Shown here one piece after another: positions 8,400 through 17,959 of a stretch of 64,000 bases of DNA. The notes beneath the pieces were generated by a model. It worked only from the letters and a program-made list of their open reading frames with translations. It made no database searches and was not told the origin of the DNA. Origin of the DNA: Candidatus Peribacter sp. GTDB lineage: Bacteria > Patescibacteriota > Gracilibacteria > Peribacterales > Peribacteraceae. Numbering within the stretch: position 1 is the first letter of the stretch; the number at the start of each line of letters is the position of its first letter. A program made the position numbers and the translations under genes. The DNA lies in assembly GCA_018652955.1 (NCBI GenBank), contig JABIBA010000013.1, positions 164,253 to 228,252 on the forward strand. The letters are read 5' to 3'.

Positions 8400-11300
8400 G
8401 TGACCCCATTCCGACGACGCAGTTTTCACTCTAGGACTCTCGGTGTTAAACGCACTGAGCGGCCTCGTATCTCTGTAGGATTCTCACGAATCTCGCAGGG
8501 TATTGCTCATGGAGCAAAGCGCGCCCTTCGGTTTCGTCCGAGGCGCAGTGAGAAAAAATCATTGTTTATAAAAGCAGGAATTGGTGTAGTCGTTGCAGGA
8601 ATTGCCTACAGCTTATTGATATGGTTTACACTTCCAGATATTTCGGATCCTAGTAGTTTACTTGCTTCACAGAGCACGGTTATTACGGATCGAAATGGTA
8701 TAGAGCTCTATCGACTCTTTAATGAAGAGGATCGTACGTTTATTCCTGGTGGCAGTATTCCTGTGCACATGAAGCGTGCAGCAATTGCGATTGAAGATGA
8801 ACGTTTTTACGATCGTGGCTGTCTAGATATGCGTGCGATTGCTCGTGCAGTTGTAAAGCTCGGTCGTGCTGGTGGAGGTTCTACTATTACAAGACAGCTT
8901 GCACGTAACGCACTTAACTTGCAGCAGGAAAATAGATATCAGCGAAAGATAAAAGAATTTATTTTAGGATGTCAGCTAGAAGGACAGTTTGAAAAAGAAG
9001 AGCTACTGGAACTGTATTTAAACTGGATTCCATTTGGTCGTAATGCCTACGGAGTGGAGCAGGCTGCTAAGCGGTATTTTAATTCCACTGCAGACAAGCT
9101 TACGCTTGCACAGTCTGTCATTCTTGCATCACTTCCGCAGAGACCTTCGTACTTTAGTCCGTATGGAGTACATGTCCATACAGAGGTAGATGATATTGTG
9201 CACGAAGGAGTTATTGATGGATCTATTACAAAGATTTCAGATATCAATCCAGAAAATATAACGATTGGTCTTCTTGGAGGACACGCTGGAACAGGTTCTG
9301 TCCTTCTCTATATAGGAGGTCGTACAGATCAGGTTCTTCGTAACATGCAAAACCAAGAGTTTATTACAGAGGCTGAGCGTCTTGAGGCATTAGAAGAATT
9401 AGAAGAAATGACATTCGAACCATCTCGTGAAGATATTCGTGCTCCACACTTTGTGTTGTGGGTACGAGAGCAAGTAGAGGAAATGTTTGAAGGGACTTCT
9501 GAGGAAGGATTGTTAGAGCAGGGAGGTTTGCGCATTGAGACATCTCTAGACTGGGACATGCAACAGCGTGCAGAGAGTAGTGTCGAGCGACACAGAGAAG
9601 ATCTTGTTGTGCGCTATGGAGGAGAGAACATGGCATTAGTTGCCATAGACCCTCAAACAAACGAGATCGTTTCCTATGTTGGAAACATGGACTATAACGA
9701 TACGGAAAATGGAGGAAAGATCGACATGGCGCGCTCACCGCGTCAGCCTGGATCTTCGTTTAAGCCATTTGTGTACGCGTCTGCATTCCAGAAAGGATAT
9801 AGTCCTGCTACTCCGATTTATGATGTAGAAACAAAGATAGGAGATGACGAGCCGCAAAACTTCGATGGTAGATTTATGGGACTTATGACCATGCGAAGTG
9901 CTCTTGGTGCTTCACGAAATGTTCCAGCTGCTAAGGCATATTTCTTAGGAGGTGAAGAGAATCAAATCTTAACGTTGGTGTCATCACTTGGAGCACCTAC
10001 TCCACTGGAAAGAAAAGAAGAGTTACAACTAGAGCGTGGAGAGTTTGATTACGGATGGCCACTTGCATTGGGTGCTGCAGAAACACCACTGCTTGAAATG
10101 GTAAATGCCTACGGTGCGATTGCACGTGGAGGTCGCGCTAAGCCTATTGTTAGTATTCGAAAAATTACTGATAGAAAAGGAAACATCTTGTTTGGTGCAG
10201 ACGATGATAGTGATGGAAAAGAAGTTCTCGACGAACGTATCGCGTATCAAATTACTTCTGTTCTAAGCGACGAGTCTGTAAGGCCAGAGGAATACTGGAA
10301 GACACAACTTACTATTCCGGGATTCAAGACTGCTGCAAAAACAGGAACCAGTAACAAGTGTCTCGAGTGGAAAGATGTACAGGTCTATGACACCGAAACT
10401 GGAGATCCAATCCCTGGAAAGAAGCGCAAAGCATGTATGCTTCGAAAGCCTGATAACGCATGGCTTATCGGGTACACACCAAACCTTGTCGCAGGAGTGT
10501 GGGTTGGTAATGCAAACTCTGCTTCGATGTATGACAGAGCTGGAGGCCTAAACACGGCAAGTCCAATCTGGAGAGACTTTATGGCTTCTGTACATAGAAC
10601 AATTGATAATCCAAAAACAGATTTTGATAAGCCTGATGGCATTATCACTCCACAGATCTCCACACTCTCTGGACAGTTTCCAACAGAGTGCACACCCGTT
10701 GCCTTCCGTCGTGCTGATGTGTTCCTTAAAGAGAATGCACCAAAGCTTAAAGATCCTGCATGTGCACATTTGACCATCGACAAAGTAACGCGTCTTCTTG
10801 CATCAGAAGAATGTCCTACAGACGCACAAGAAGAGGGGAGCTTTATTGTTGCCAAAAGCCTTCTTCCAGACCGTTGGCCTACGTGGGAAGACGGTGTGCG
10901 CAAGTGGGTTGGAGAGCAGATGGAGCTTTGGTATGCAGCACCAGATCATTCGGGAGCTATTATCCCAATGCCAGTTGCTCCTACGGAAACCTGCACGCTA
11001 GAGCTCACTCCTGGGCGTCTTGAAAAGCCAGAAGTACGTATAACCAGTCCTGCATCTAATGGACGCGTTTCCTACCCTGCGTTTGTTCCAAAAATCAAGG
11101 TTACTTCGAAATCTAAGATTCACTCTGTGATGTACACAGTAGATGGACGTACTGTGGCAAAACTTGAGGAGGAGCCTTTCTCTAGGCGCGTACGTGTTCC
11201 TCGAACAATTAAGGAAACAGGAATGCACACATTGAAAGTTACACTCACAGACGAGTACTTCAATACTGCAACGCACAGTATTAAATTTTCGTTTGGTGAT

Positions 11301-11636
11301 GCAGCAACCTCTCCACGTGGAGAGTCATCACGTGGAGAGTCATCGCAAGAGCAAATTAGTGAGAACCTGAGTGTCCTGTTTACACAGCCGGAAGAAAGTA
11401 TCAGCGTTCCTATTCGTGCACGAGTATCATTGAGTGCAGAAGTGTCTGGTGCAGAAAGTGATATCAAACACGTGCAGTTCTTTGTTGGTGATACGCTTCT
11501 TACTACGGAAGAAGAAGGCCCGTATGAAATGTCTTGGAATCACCGTCTAGACTCAGGGGAGTACACACTAAAAGTTGTGGTAACTGATGAGGAAGGAAAC
11601 ACTGCAGAAGATACTCAAACACTGACGGTGGAATAG
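8400..11636 (+). CDS. bifunctional class A penicillin-binding protein (GT51 transglycosylase + transpeptidase) with C-terminal Ig-like domains
   Basis: GT51 blocks EDERFYDRG, GGSTITRQLARN, RKIKEF. Transpeptidase SSFK (SxxK), SRN (SxN), KTGTSN (KTG). There is no in-frame ATG before the TM anchor, so GTG 8400 is proposed as the start. The ORF-track start at 8301 overlaps the divergent gene. Confidence 0.9.
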   Translation: MTPFRRRSFHSRTLGVKRTERPRISVGFSRISQGIAHGAKRALRFRPRRSEKKSLFIKAGIGVVVAGIAYSLLIWFTLPDISDPSSLLASQSTVITDRNGIELYRLFNEEDRTFIPGGSIPVHMKRAAIAIEDERFYDRGCLDMRAIARAVVKLGRAGGGSTITRQLARNALNLQQENRYQRKIKEFILGCQLEGQFEKEELLELYLNWIPFGRNAYGVEQAAKRYFNSTADKLTLAQSVILASLPQRPSYFSPYGVHVHTEVDDIVHEGVIDGSITKISDINPENITIGLLGGHAGTGSVLLYIGGRTDQVLRNMQNQEFITEAERLEALEELEEMTFEPSREDIRAPHFVLWVREQVEEMFEGTSEEGLLEQGGLRIETSLDWDMQQRAESSVERHREDLVVRYGGENMALVAIDPQTNEIVSYVGNMDYNDTENGGKIDMARSPRQPGSSFKPFVYASAFQKGYSPATPIYDVETKIGDDEPQNFDGRFMGLMTMRSALGASRNVPAAKAYFLGGEENQILTLVSSLGAPTPLERKEELQLERGEFDYGWPLALGAAETPLLEMVNAYGAIARGGRAKPIVSIRKITDRKGNILFGADDDSDGKEVLDERIAYQITSVLSDESVRPEEYWKTQLTIPGFKTAAKTGTSNKCLEWKDVQVYDTETGDPIPGKKRKACMLRKPDNAWLIGYTPNLVAGVWVGNANSASMYDRAGGLNTASPIWRDFMASVHRTIDNPKTDFDKPDGIITPQISTLSGQFPTECTPVAFRRADVFLKENAPKLKDPACAHLTIDKVTRLLASEECPTDAQEEGSFIVAKSLLPDRWPTWEDGVRKWVGEQMELWYAAPDHSGAIIPMPVAPTETCTLELTPGRLEKPEVRITSPASNGRVSYPAFVPKIKVTSKSKIHSVMYTVDGRTVAKLEEEPFSRRVRVPRTIKETGMHTLKVTLTDEYFNTATHSIKFSFGDAATSPRGESSRGESSQEQISENLSVLFTQPEESISVPIRARVSLSAEVSGAESDIKHVQFFVGDTLLTTEEEGPYEMSWNHRLDSGEYTLKVVVTDEEGNTAEDTQTLTVE
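11314..11343 (+). repeat. perfect 15-nt tandem duplication (cacgtggagagtcat x2) inside PBP1A linker
   Basis: Units at 11314-11328 and 11329-11343. In frame, encoding RGESS-RGESS between the two Ig-like domains. Confidence 0.9.
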
Positions 11637-11657
11637 GAGCCTCCCTCGTAATCTTTT

Positions 11658-12401
11658 TTATAGTTGACTAGCCACTTCGTCGGTGATGTCTGCGTTGGTA
11701 TGTACATCTGAAACATCTTCGTCTTCTTCGATAGCAGCTATCAAATCCATCAGCTTTTGTGCTGCTTCTACATTGTCGATATTTACTTCTTGCAAGGGTA
11801 CGAACTTCATTCCTGCTTCTTCTACTTCGAGTCCTGCTTCTTTAAATGTATCGCGTGCCTTTGTCCAAGAAGAGGTATCACCTGTCGTAGTAATCATGCC
11901 GTCTCCAGAATCGATGTCTTCAACATTTGCATCCATAAGCGCTAGTTCCAAGTCGTCGTTTAGTTCTCCTGCCGCAGTCACTACTCCTTTTTGTGTAAAC
12001 ATGAACATCACAGAACCAGACTCCGCCATTTTGCCTCCACGTTTTTCGATAATGGAACGAAGGTTTGGAAGTGTGCGGTTTTTGTTATCGGTTAGGCATT
12101 CAATAATCAGTGCAGTTCCACCTGGGGCGTATGCTTCGTAGGTGACCCCTACGGTTATTTCTCCTTTGAGTTCTCCTGATCCTTTCTTCACAGATCGATC
12201 AATATTGGCATTAGGAACGTTAGCGGCTTTTGCGTTATCGACAGCAGCCTTAAGAGCTGCGTTCATCGTAAGATCACCAGTACCTCCTTCGCGTGCAGCA
12301 ATCTCTATTAGTTTTGCATGCTTCGTAAAAATCTTTCCACGCTTTGCGTCAGCGGCGCCTTTTTTATGCTTGATGGATGACCATTTACTGTGTCCTGACA
12401 T
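11658..12401 (-). CDS. yebC: YebC/PmpR family DNA-binding transcriptional regulator
   Basis: MSGHSKWSSIKHKKGAADAKRGKIFTK N-terminus is diagnostic. 247 aa. Confidence 0.93.
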   Translation of the reverse strand: MSGHSKWSSIKHKKGAADAKRGKIFTKHAKLIEIAAREGGTGDLTMNAALKAAVDNAKAANVPNANIDRSVKKGSGELKGEITVGVTYEAYAPGGTALIIECLTDNKNRTLPNLRSIIEKRGGKMAESGSVMFMFTQKGVVTAAGELNDDLELALMDANVEDIDSGDGMITTTGDTSSWTKARDTFKEAGLEVEEAGMKFVPLQEVNIDNVEAAQKLMDLIAAIEEDEDVSDVHTNADITDEVASQL

Positions 12402-12407
12402 AATGTG

Positions 12408-12413
12408 ACTATA
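12408..12413 (-). promoter_or_regulatory. -10 box TATAGT, 6 nt upstream of ATG 12401 (leaderless-type)
   Basis: Reverse complement of actata at 12408-12413, spacer cacatt, ATG. Confidence 0.4.
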
Positions 12414-12461
12414 CGAAAAACGAGGCTACCAGACAAATGGTATACCCCGTTTTTTAGATTC

Positions 12462-12695
12462 TTATTTGCGGTAAGCCATCATTCCCATAAAGCGAGCGCG
12501 CTCTACAGAGTTCTTGAGCATCTTTTGGTGCTTAAGACAGACTCCAGAGTAGTAGCGAGCCATGATGTTACCGAAGTAATCAATGAATGGGCGCATGATT
12601 GGATAGTCTTTGTAGTCGATGTATACGACCTCCTTATCACAGAACTCACATTTCTTGTGACGAGGATCTGGCCGACGTTGTTGCTTTCTTGACAT
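12462..12695 (-). CDS. rpsR: 30S ribosomal protein S18
   Basis: 77 aa. KKCEFCDKEVVYIDYKD and ARYYSGVCLKHQKMLKNSVERARFMG blocks. Confidence 0.93.
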   Translation of the reverse strand: MSRKQQRRPDPRHKKCEFCDKEVVYIDYKDYPIMRPFIDYFGNIMARYYSGVCLKHQKMLKNSVERARFMGMMAYRK

Positions 12696-12713
12696 GAGTT
12701 TAAGGGGGTAGGA

Positions 12714-13286
12714 CTAGATATCGAGATCGTCATCAGAAATAAGTTTTTCAAGCTGCTCAGAGATCTGTTTCTTATCAGCTTTAGGTTTCTTTACTGTTGC
12801 TTCTTCATCTTTCTTTGCGGCAACACGCTTTACCTGCCTCTTAGCTTTCTCTGCTACGCGCTTTGCAAGCTGCTCTTCTTTTTCTTTCTCTTTACGCTCT
12901 CCTTCTCCTTCACGTTCTTTGAGCCATGTCTCGTATCCTTCTGAGTATTTCACAATCTTGTAGCCCTTTGGTGGCTTAACAATGATGTGACGTAGAAGGT
13001 TTGGCGTGATACGCAAAGCGACATCAATCTCCTTAAGACCCTTAGGATCCAATGCATAGTGGTATACAACAAAGTTTCCTTCGTCGTTTCCTTTTATACG
13101 GTAGGCAAGCCCTCGCTTTCCCCATAGGTCTTTGCTGACCTGCTTTCCTCCGTGCTCTTCGATGGTCTTTTCGACCTCAGCTAAAAGATCCTTCTCTTCC
13201 TTCTGAGAGAGGTTAGATGGGTAGAGAACGCAGAATTCGTAGGTACGTAGGTCCTCGTCTGTAGTGGTTTCATCAAGTGTAGGCAT
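12714..13286 (-). CDS. rpsF: 30S ribosomal protein S6 with ~80-aa K/E-rich C-terminal extension
   Basis: YEFCVLYPSNL.., WGKRGLAYRIKG.., LRHIIV core. Followed by a long charged tail (EREGEGERKEKEKEEQLAKR...). Confidence 0.9.
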   Translation of the reverse strand: MPTLDETTTDEDLRTYEFCVLYPSNLSQKEEKDLLAEVEKTIEEHGGKQVSKDLWGKRGLAYRIKGNDEGNFVVYHYALDPKGLKEIDVALRITPNLLRHIIVKPPKGYKIVKYSEGYETWLKEREGEGERKEKEKEEQLAKRVAEKAKRQVKRVAAKKDEEATVKKPKADKKQISEQLEKLISDDDLDI

Positions 13287-13343
13287 GAGATTCGTGGGTA
13301 AATCCTGCAGTCAAAAGCGGCAGGAGAATCAAATTGTAGGCAG

Positions 13344-13372
13344 AATTTACGGCTTAAAAGGGGGTTGGTCAA
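13344..13372 (-). promoter_or_regulatory. sigma70-type promoter TTGACC-17nt-TAAATT upstream of rpsF (leadered, ~50 nt)
   Basis: -35 is the reverse complement of ggtcaa 13367-13372. -10 is the reverse complement of aattta 13344-13349. Confidence 0.4.
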
Positions 13373-13392
13373 GGATTTTTGACGTAATTTAA

Positions 13393-13468
13393 TGGAGCCG
13401 CCCTCGGGATTTGAACCCGAGACCTCACCCTTACCATGGGTGCGCTCTACCAACTGAGCTAGGGCGGC
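13393..13468 (-). tRNA. tRNA-Thr (anticodon GGU), CCA encoded
   Basis: 76-nt cloverleaf on the minus strand. Acceptor GCCGCCC/GGGCGGC. D-arm GCTC-AGTTGGTA-GAGC. Anticodon stem CACCC/GGGTG with loop ATGGTAA. T-arm TCGGG-TTCAAAT-CCCGA. Discriminator T + CCA. Confidence 0.9.
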
Positions 13469-13492
13469 CTGATTGCGATGAGAGTCTACAAG

Positions 13493-13906
13493 CTAATCCT
13501 CATCAATCTCAACAGTTTCTAGCCACATTTGTGGCTCTAGCCCCTCGTGCTTTCGAATTGCATTTTTTACAGTATGCAAGCAGAGGAGGGCACATTTGAA
13601 TCTACGAGGGCCTATCGGTACTCCAAGGAGTTCATAGACAGTCTCTTTCTTCATCGAGAGCAGCTCAGTTGTAGTCTTGCCTTCTAGCTCTTCTGCAAAG
13701 ATCGACATACCCGCCTGGGAAATAGCACACCCTGTTCCTTCCCATTCAATCTTTGTGATACTGCCATCTTCTATCCATAAATGTGCAGTGAGGCGGTCAC
13801 CACAACTTGGATTATCTTCTTCCTTAGAAACGCTCGCACCTGATCCCTCTCCTTTGCAGCGAGGGTCACGGTAGTGATCGAGAATGTTTTCTGCGTAGAG
13901 GTCCAT
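13493..13906 (-). CDS. sufU: SufU/IscU-type Fe-S cluster scaffold
   Basis: NPSCGD, GTGCAISQA and CALLCLHTVKNAI Cys blocks. 137 aa. Abuts sufS. Confidence 0.85.
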   Translation of the reverse strand: MDLYAENILDHYRDPRCKGEGSGASVSKEEDNPSCGDRLTAHLWIEDGSITKIEWEGTGCAISQAGMSIFAEELEGKTTTELLSMKKETVYELLGVPIGPRRFKCALLCLHTVKNAIRKHEGLEPQMWLETVEIDED

Positions 13907-15094
13907 TTAAGCAGGGCGAAGAATAGCTATCGCTTTTTGTATTTCTTCTGTGGCACGTTCAATATCCTCTTTAGTGTTGTAGATACCGAATGACATTCTT
14001 GTAGTTGCCACTACGCCAAGTCGTTCGTGTAGCGGCTGTGCACAGTGATGTCCTGCACGCAGGCTTACACCATTTCGGCCGACAATTTCTGTAAGGTCAT
14101 GGGGGTGAATGTCATCGATTGTAAAACTGATGCAGCTGCTTTCTGGTGTACCGAGAATAGTAAGACCTTCGATAGTGTTGAGTGCGTCGGTTGCAGTGCT
14201 TATGAGTTCTTGTTCGTGTGTAGCAATATCGTTCCAGTCATATTGTGATAACCAATTTATGGCTGCCTTAAGCCCAATAACTTGTGCAATGGGTGGAGTA
14301 CCTGCCTCAAACTTTTGTGGAATTTCTGCAGCCGTGAATCCTTCTTTTGTTACAGAACCAATCATCATTCCACCTCCCATAAAGGGTGGCATGCTTTCGA
14401 GTAGTTCTCTCTTGGCATATAAGACACCTACTCCTGTTGGGCCGTAGAGTTTGTGTCCGGAGAATGCAAGGAAGTCACAATCAAGTTCAGTAACATCAAT
14501 CTTTTCGTGCACGACAAGTTGTGCGGCATCGACTAAAACTTTTGCGCCTGCTGCGTGCGCTTTTTCTATAATTAATTTTAGATCAGGTTTTGTGCCAAGA
14601 ACGTTGCTGCATCCTGTAACTGCAACAAGTTTTACATCATCAAGGTTATCAATGATAAGTGATCCGTCATCATCAATATCTATCCACTTGATTGTGATAC
14701 CTATTTCTTCTTGTAGCTGCTGCCATGGAACAATATTGCTGTGGTGCTCCAGAATAGAGAGGGCGATTGTATCTCCTTTTTTAAGGTTCGCTTTGCCCCA
14801 GCTCTTGGCGACAAGATTGATAGATTCCGTACATCCATGCGTAAAGACAATTTCATGTGCTGCTGCCCCAATAAACTTCGCTACGGTCTTTCTGGCATCT
14901 TCGTATGCCACAGTCGCTTTTTCTGCCAAGGCATGCATACCTCTATGAACGTTGGCATTCTCCTCTGAATAGAACTTTTCGACCTCCTCAAGGACTATTT
15001 GAGGCTTTTGAGCTGTAGCTGCTGAATCTAGGTAAATACTGCCTTGAGCTGCTATCAGGGGGAATTGCCGTCGAATTTCATCAATAGTAAGCAT
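13907..15094 (-). CDS. sufS: cysteine desulfurase (class V aminotransferase, SufS-type)
   Basis: PLP-Lys block FSGHKLYGPTGVGVLY and active-site Cys block RAGHHCAQP. Confidence 0.9.
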   Translation of the reverse strand: MLTIDEIRRQFPLIAAQGSIYLDSAATAQKPQIVLEEVEKFYSEENANVHRGMHALAEKATVAYEDARKTVAKFIGAAAHEIVFTHGCTESINLVAKSWGKANLKKGDTIALSILEHHSNIVPWQQLQEEIGITIKWIDIDDDGSLIIDNLDDVKLVAVTGCSNVLGTKPDLKLIIEKAHAAGAKVLVDAAQLVVHEKIDVTELDCDFLAFSGHKLYGPTGVGVLYAKRELLESMPPFMGGGMMIGSVTKEGFTAAEIPQKFEAGTPPIAQVIGLKAAINWLSQYDWNDIATHEQELISTATDALNTIEGLTILGTPESSCISFTIDDIHPHDLTEIVGRNGVSLRAGHHCAQPLHERLGVVATTRMSFGIYNTKEDIERATEEIQKAIAILRPA

Positions 15095-15105
15095 TCTGAG
15101 ACATC

Positions 15106-15114
15106 AGATTAGCA
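15106..15114 (-). promoter_or_regulatory. extended -10 TGcTAATCT, 11 nt upstream of sufS ATG 15094
   Basis: Reverse complement of agattagca at 15106-15114. Confidence 0.35.
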
Positions 15115-15169
15115 GATCTGCATCATATTTCCCTCGCTTAGGCTTAGATTCTTGTATAGGCTACATCTG

Positions 15170-17959
15170 ATGCAAAGACGCACAATTCAATTGCTTTCGA
15201 TCGGCCTGTTTCTGGGACTTCTCTTCTGGGGAGTCTGGACGCTCTTCATCTATTTAGGTGTTGGAGTCCATGGAGCAGTGCTGCTATCTAAAGAGGCACA
15301 AGAACATGTCGGCACTCTTTGTGACCCTAATGCGTTTGTCTGCAGAGGGTTCTATACACTGTTTCCCTTTATCTCAAATACATTAACGCGTGTACCGCAC
15401 TTTATTTGGTATACCGGATTGAGTGCTGCTATTTACGGAGTGATGGTACTAATTGGATATGTACGCAATCGTGATTGGAACCTGCAATGGTCTATGACTC
15501 CATGGAAGTTGCTTTTGATCTTTGTGGGAATGATATGGTTAATCTTTTCGTGTATTAGCGTTACACAAAACGGCGCAGTACCGATGAATACCATCGTGGA
15601 GCCAAAGATAGAAGTATATAAAGGTGCAGGAGATGAAGCGCTTGCTGCGTTAGAGAAAAACTATTCGAATCTAAAAGATAGCGGATGCCTCACACGCATC
15701 GGAGTATTTGGAGGTGTGGCAGAAGCTAGTAGACTTAATCAGTGGTGTATACAAAGTTCATTTGTAACAAGAGTACTGCCACCACTACTGTTCTTATTAC
15801 TCCTTGCACTCGAGTTCCTTATTGCGGGGCGCATTGCTCTTCGGAATATACTTCGCATACGGCCTACAGAAAAATTAACAGAGTTTGTCCTTTCTCTTGG
15901 AGCTGGTGCAGGAGTGTTTATCGTACTTCTGTGGATAGGTGCAGTTGCACATATCTATACAGCACTCTTTGGATGGTTACTCTTCCTTGCTGTTCCAGCC
16001 CTCGGCTTTAAGACTGCACAGTATTGGATAGAAAGTTTCTTGCATACTCGATGGAGTTTTACCGTACGGTGGCGCAGCATTTCGGTGTTACTGATGTGGT
16101 TTTTACTGAGCTACTTAGCCTTTAACTACCTTAATGTTATTCGTCCATTTCCTATTGGATGGGATGACTTGGGAAGTTACTTAAACAGACCAAGGCTACT
16201 AGTGAGTTACGGAAAGTTTGTGCACTCTATGCAAACATTCCAGTGGGAGTACATCACCTCACTTGGATTTTTACTCTTTGGATACGAAAGTATTTTTGGT
16301 GCAACAACCGCACTGATCATCAACTGGTTCCAAGGCTTTCTCGCTGTTCTTACCGTGTACATGCTTGGAAGAACATTCATGGGACCTGGTAGAGGAGTAC
16401 TAGCAGCGACGCTCTACTACACACTTCCTATGGTTGGACACTTCTCGTTTGCAGATATGAAGATTGATAACGCGGTGTTTGTTATGTCTGCCCTATCGAT
16501 GTTCTGTGTCTTTGAGGCACTTCTTAAACACAGTGAAGATCGCACTGTGCAGCGCAGGTGGATCTTGCTTGGAGGGCTCTTTGTTGGACTTGCTTTCTCT
16601 ATGAAGATCACTTCCATCATGGTATTTATGGCAATGGGTACGATGATCTTTGGTGTAGCATTACACTGGATAGCCTATCCAGCTGCACTACTGTTTGCGT
16701 GTGCTGTATTTATTCAACAAGATCTTATTAGCATAGAGAGAATCTCAGAGAGGGTGTTATCTATTAACCAAGAGATCGTAACGCCATTCGCTCTTATGAT
16801 GGTATGTATAACTGTTGGAGTTATTATCTTTGGAGTTGCTGCAAAGCTTCGACCGCAAAACGTTAAATGTTCTATCGCGAGTGCATTATTTCTCGTAGCT
16901 GGATTTGCAATTGCAGTATTCCCTTGGGTTGAGCACAACAACATTTTGCACGGGAATGTTATTCCAAAGTTTGCTCTTAAAGCTCCAAATACATTAACAC
17001 CTATTATTGATCAATTTGGACACAATCCAGATCTTACAAAATATTCTTTACCACCAGAACTTGCTACAGACGGAACAGATATTCATTGTAAGTCCACCGC
17101 AGGAAAAGAGGAGCTTGATCGATACTGGGGAGCGAATCATAAAGGGTGGGGTCATTACTTAGGTTTGCCTTGGAGGCAAGTTATGAACTTAGATCATGCT
17201 GGGTATTATGTATCGACAGCACCAGCATTACTCCTGTTCCCTCTCTTGCTCCTCTTGCCATTCTTTTGGAAAAAAGAAGGAAGGTGGCTGCGTTGGATGT
17301 GGGTGAGTACGGTGTTCTTAATATTGCAGTGGGCGTTCTTTGCTAACGGAGTTCCGTGGTATGGCATCGGTGTGTTTGTAGGGCTTGTACTCTCTCTTGA
17401 GGCATTGATTGTAAAAGCCCCAGATGCATTAAGCCGAACACTCGCAGGTATTTTAATAGCACTGTCTCTTCTTGTATGTCTCGGCATGCGCTTTTGGCAG
17501 TTTGATACTCAGAGAAATATGTTTGAGTATCCAATTGGAAAGATATCCGCAGAGACTATTCGCGAGCGGACTATTCCGTATTACGATGACATCACGGATA
17601 TTGTATTAGAGCGAAGTGAGCGATTCCCAGATAGGCCACTGCTTTATCGTATTGGAACGTTCATGCCGTACTTTGTTCCAAAGAACTTAGAAATTATTGG
17701 AGTGACAGATCATCAGCTCGATACATTTAGCTGTCTATATCAAGAAGGAGATAATGCTCTTACTCTCCAAAGACTCAAGGCTCTTGGATTTAACAGTATT
17801 GTCTTTGATACCAACACCGCTACTATCGAAAAAGATGTGAATGGTACATTGCACAAAAAGGTGCAGAGACTAACGGATTTTCTTAATAGCGAAGAGGCAG
17901 GTCTTGATGTTGTAATCTACGATCCAGGCGCAGGTATTGCTTACCTTCTTATTCCATAA
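15170..17959 (+). CDS. large polytopic membrane protein, GT-C-type (ArnT/PMT/YfhO-like) glycosyltransferase candidate
   Basis: ~930 aa with many (>10) hydrophobic helices and a soluble C-terminal domain. 1-nt stop/start overlap (TAATG) with the downstream GT2. Family assignment comes from architecture and context only. ATG 15170 is preferred over TTG 15152. Confidence 0.5.
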   Translation: MQRRTIQLLSIGLFLGLLFWGVWTLFIYLGVGVHGAVLLSKEAQEHVGTLCDPNAFVCRGFYTLFPFISNTLTRVPHFIWYTGLSAAIYGVMVLIGYVRNRDWNLQWSMTPWKLLLIFVGMIWLIFSCISVTQNGAVPMNTIVEPKIEVYKGAGDEALAALEKNYSNLKDSGCLTRIGVFGGVAEASRLNQWCIQSSFVTRVLPPLLFLLLLALEFLIAGRIALRNILRIRPTEKLTEFVLSLGAGAGVFIVLLWIGAVAHIYTALFGWLLFLAVPALGFKTAQYWIESFLHTRWSFTVRWRSISVLLMWFLLSYLAFNYLNVIRPFPIGWDDLGSYLNRPRLLVSYGKFVHSMQTFQWEYITSLGFLLFGYESIFGATTALIINWFQGFLAVLTVYMLGRTFMGPGRGVLAATLYYTLPMVGHFSFADMKIDNAVFVMSALSMFCVFEALLKHSEDRTVQRRWILLGGLFVGLAFSMKITSIMVFMAMGTMIFGVALHWIAYPAALLFACAVFIQQDLISIERISERVLSINQEIVTPFALMMVCITVGVIIFGVAAKLRPQNVKCSIASALFLVAGFAIAVFPWVEHNNILHGNVIPKFALKAPNTLTPIIDQFGHNPDLTKYSLPPELATDGTDIHCKSTAGKEELDRYWGANHKGWGHYLGLPWRQVMNLDHAGYYVSTAPALLLFPLLLLLPFFWKKEGRWLRWMWVSTVFLILQWAFFANGVPWYGIGVFVGLVLSLEALIVKAPDALSRTLAGILIALSLLVCLGMRFWQFDTQRNMFEYPIGKISAETIRERTIPYYDDITDIVLERSERFPDRPLLYRIGTFMPYFVPKNLEIIGVTDHQLDTFSCLYQEGDNALTLQRLKALGFNSIVFDTNTATIEKDVNGTLHKKVQRLTDFLNSEEAGLDVVIYDPGAGIAYLLIP

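Noticed and set aside
13287-13492. tRNA-Thr as an integration hotspot or edge of a mobile island
   Set aside because: There is no integrase, no direct repeat of the tRNA 3' end, and the flanking genes (rpsF, sufU) are core. The glycan island begins about 1.7 kb away, after sufS, without recombinase genes.
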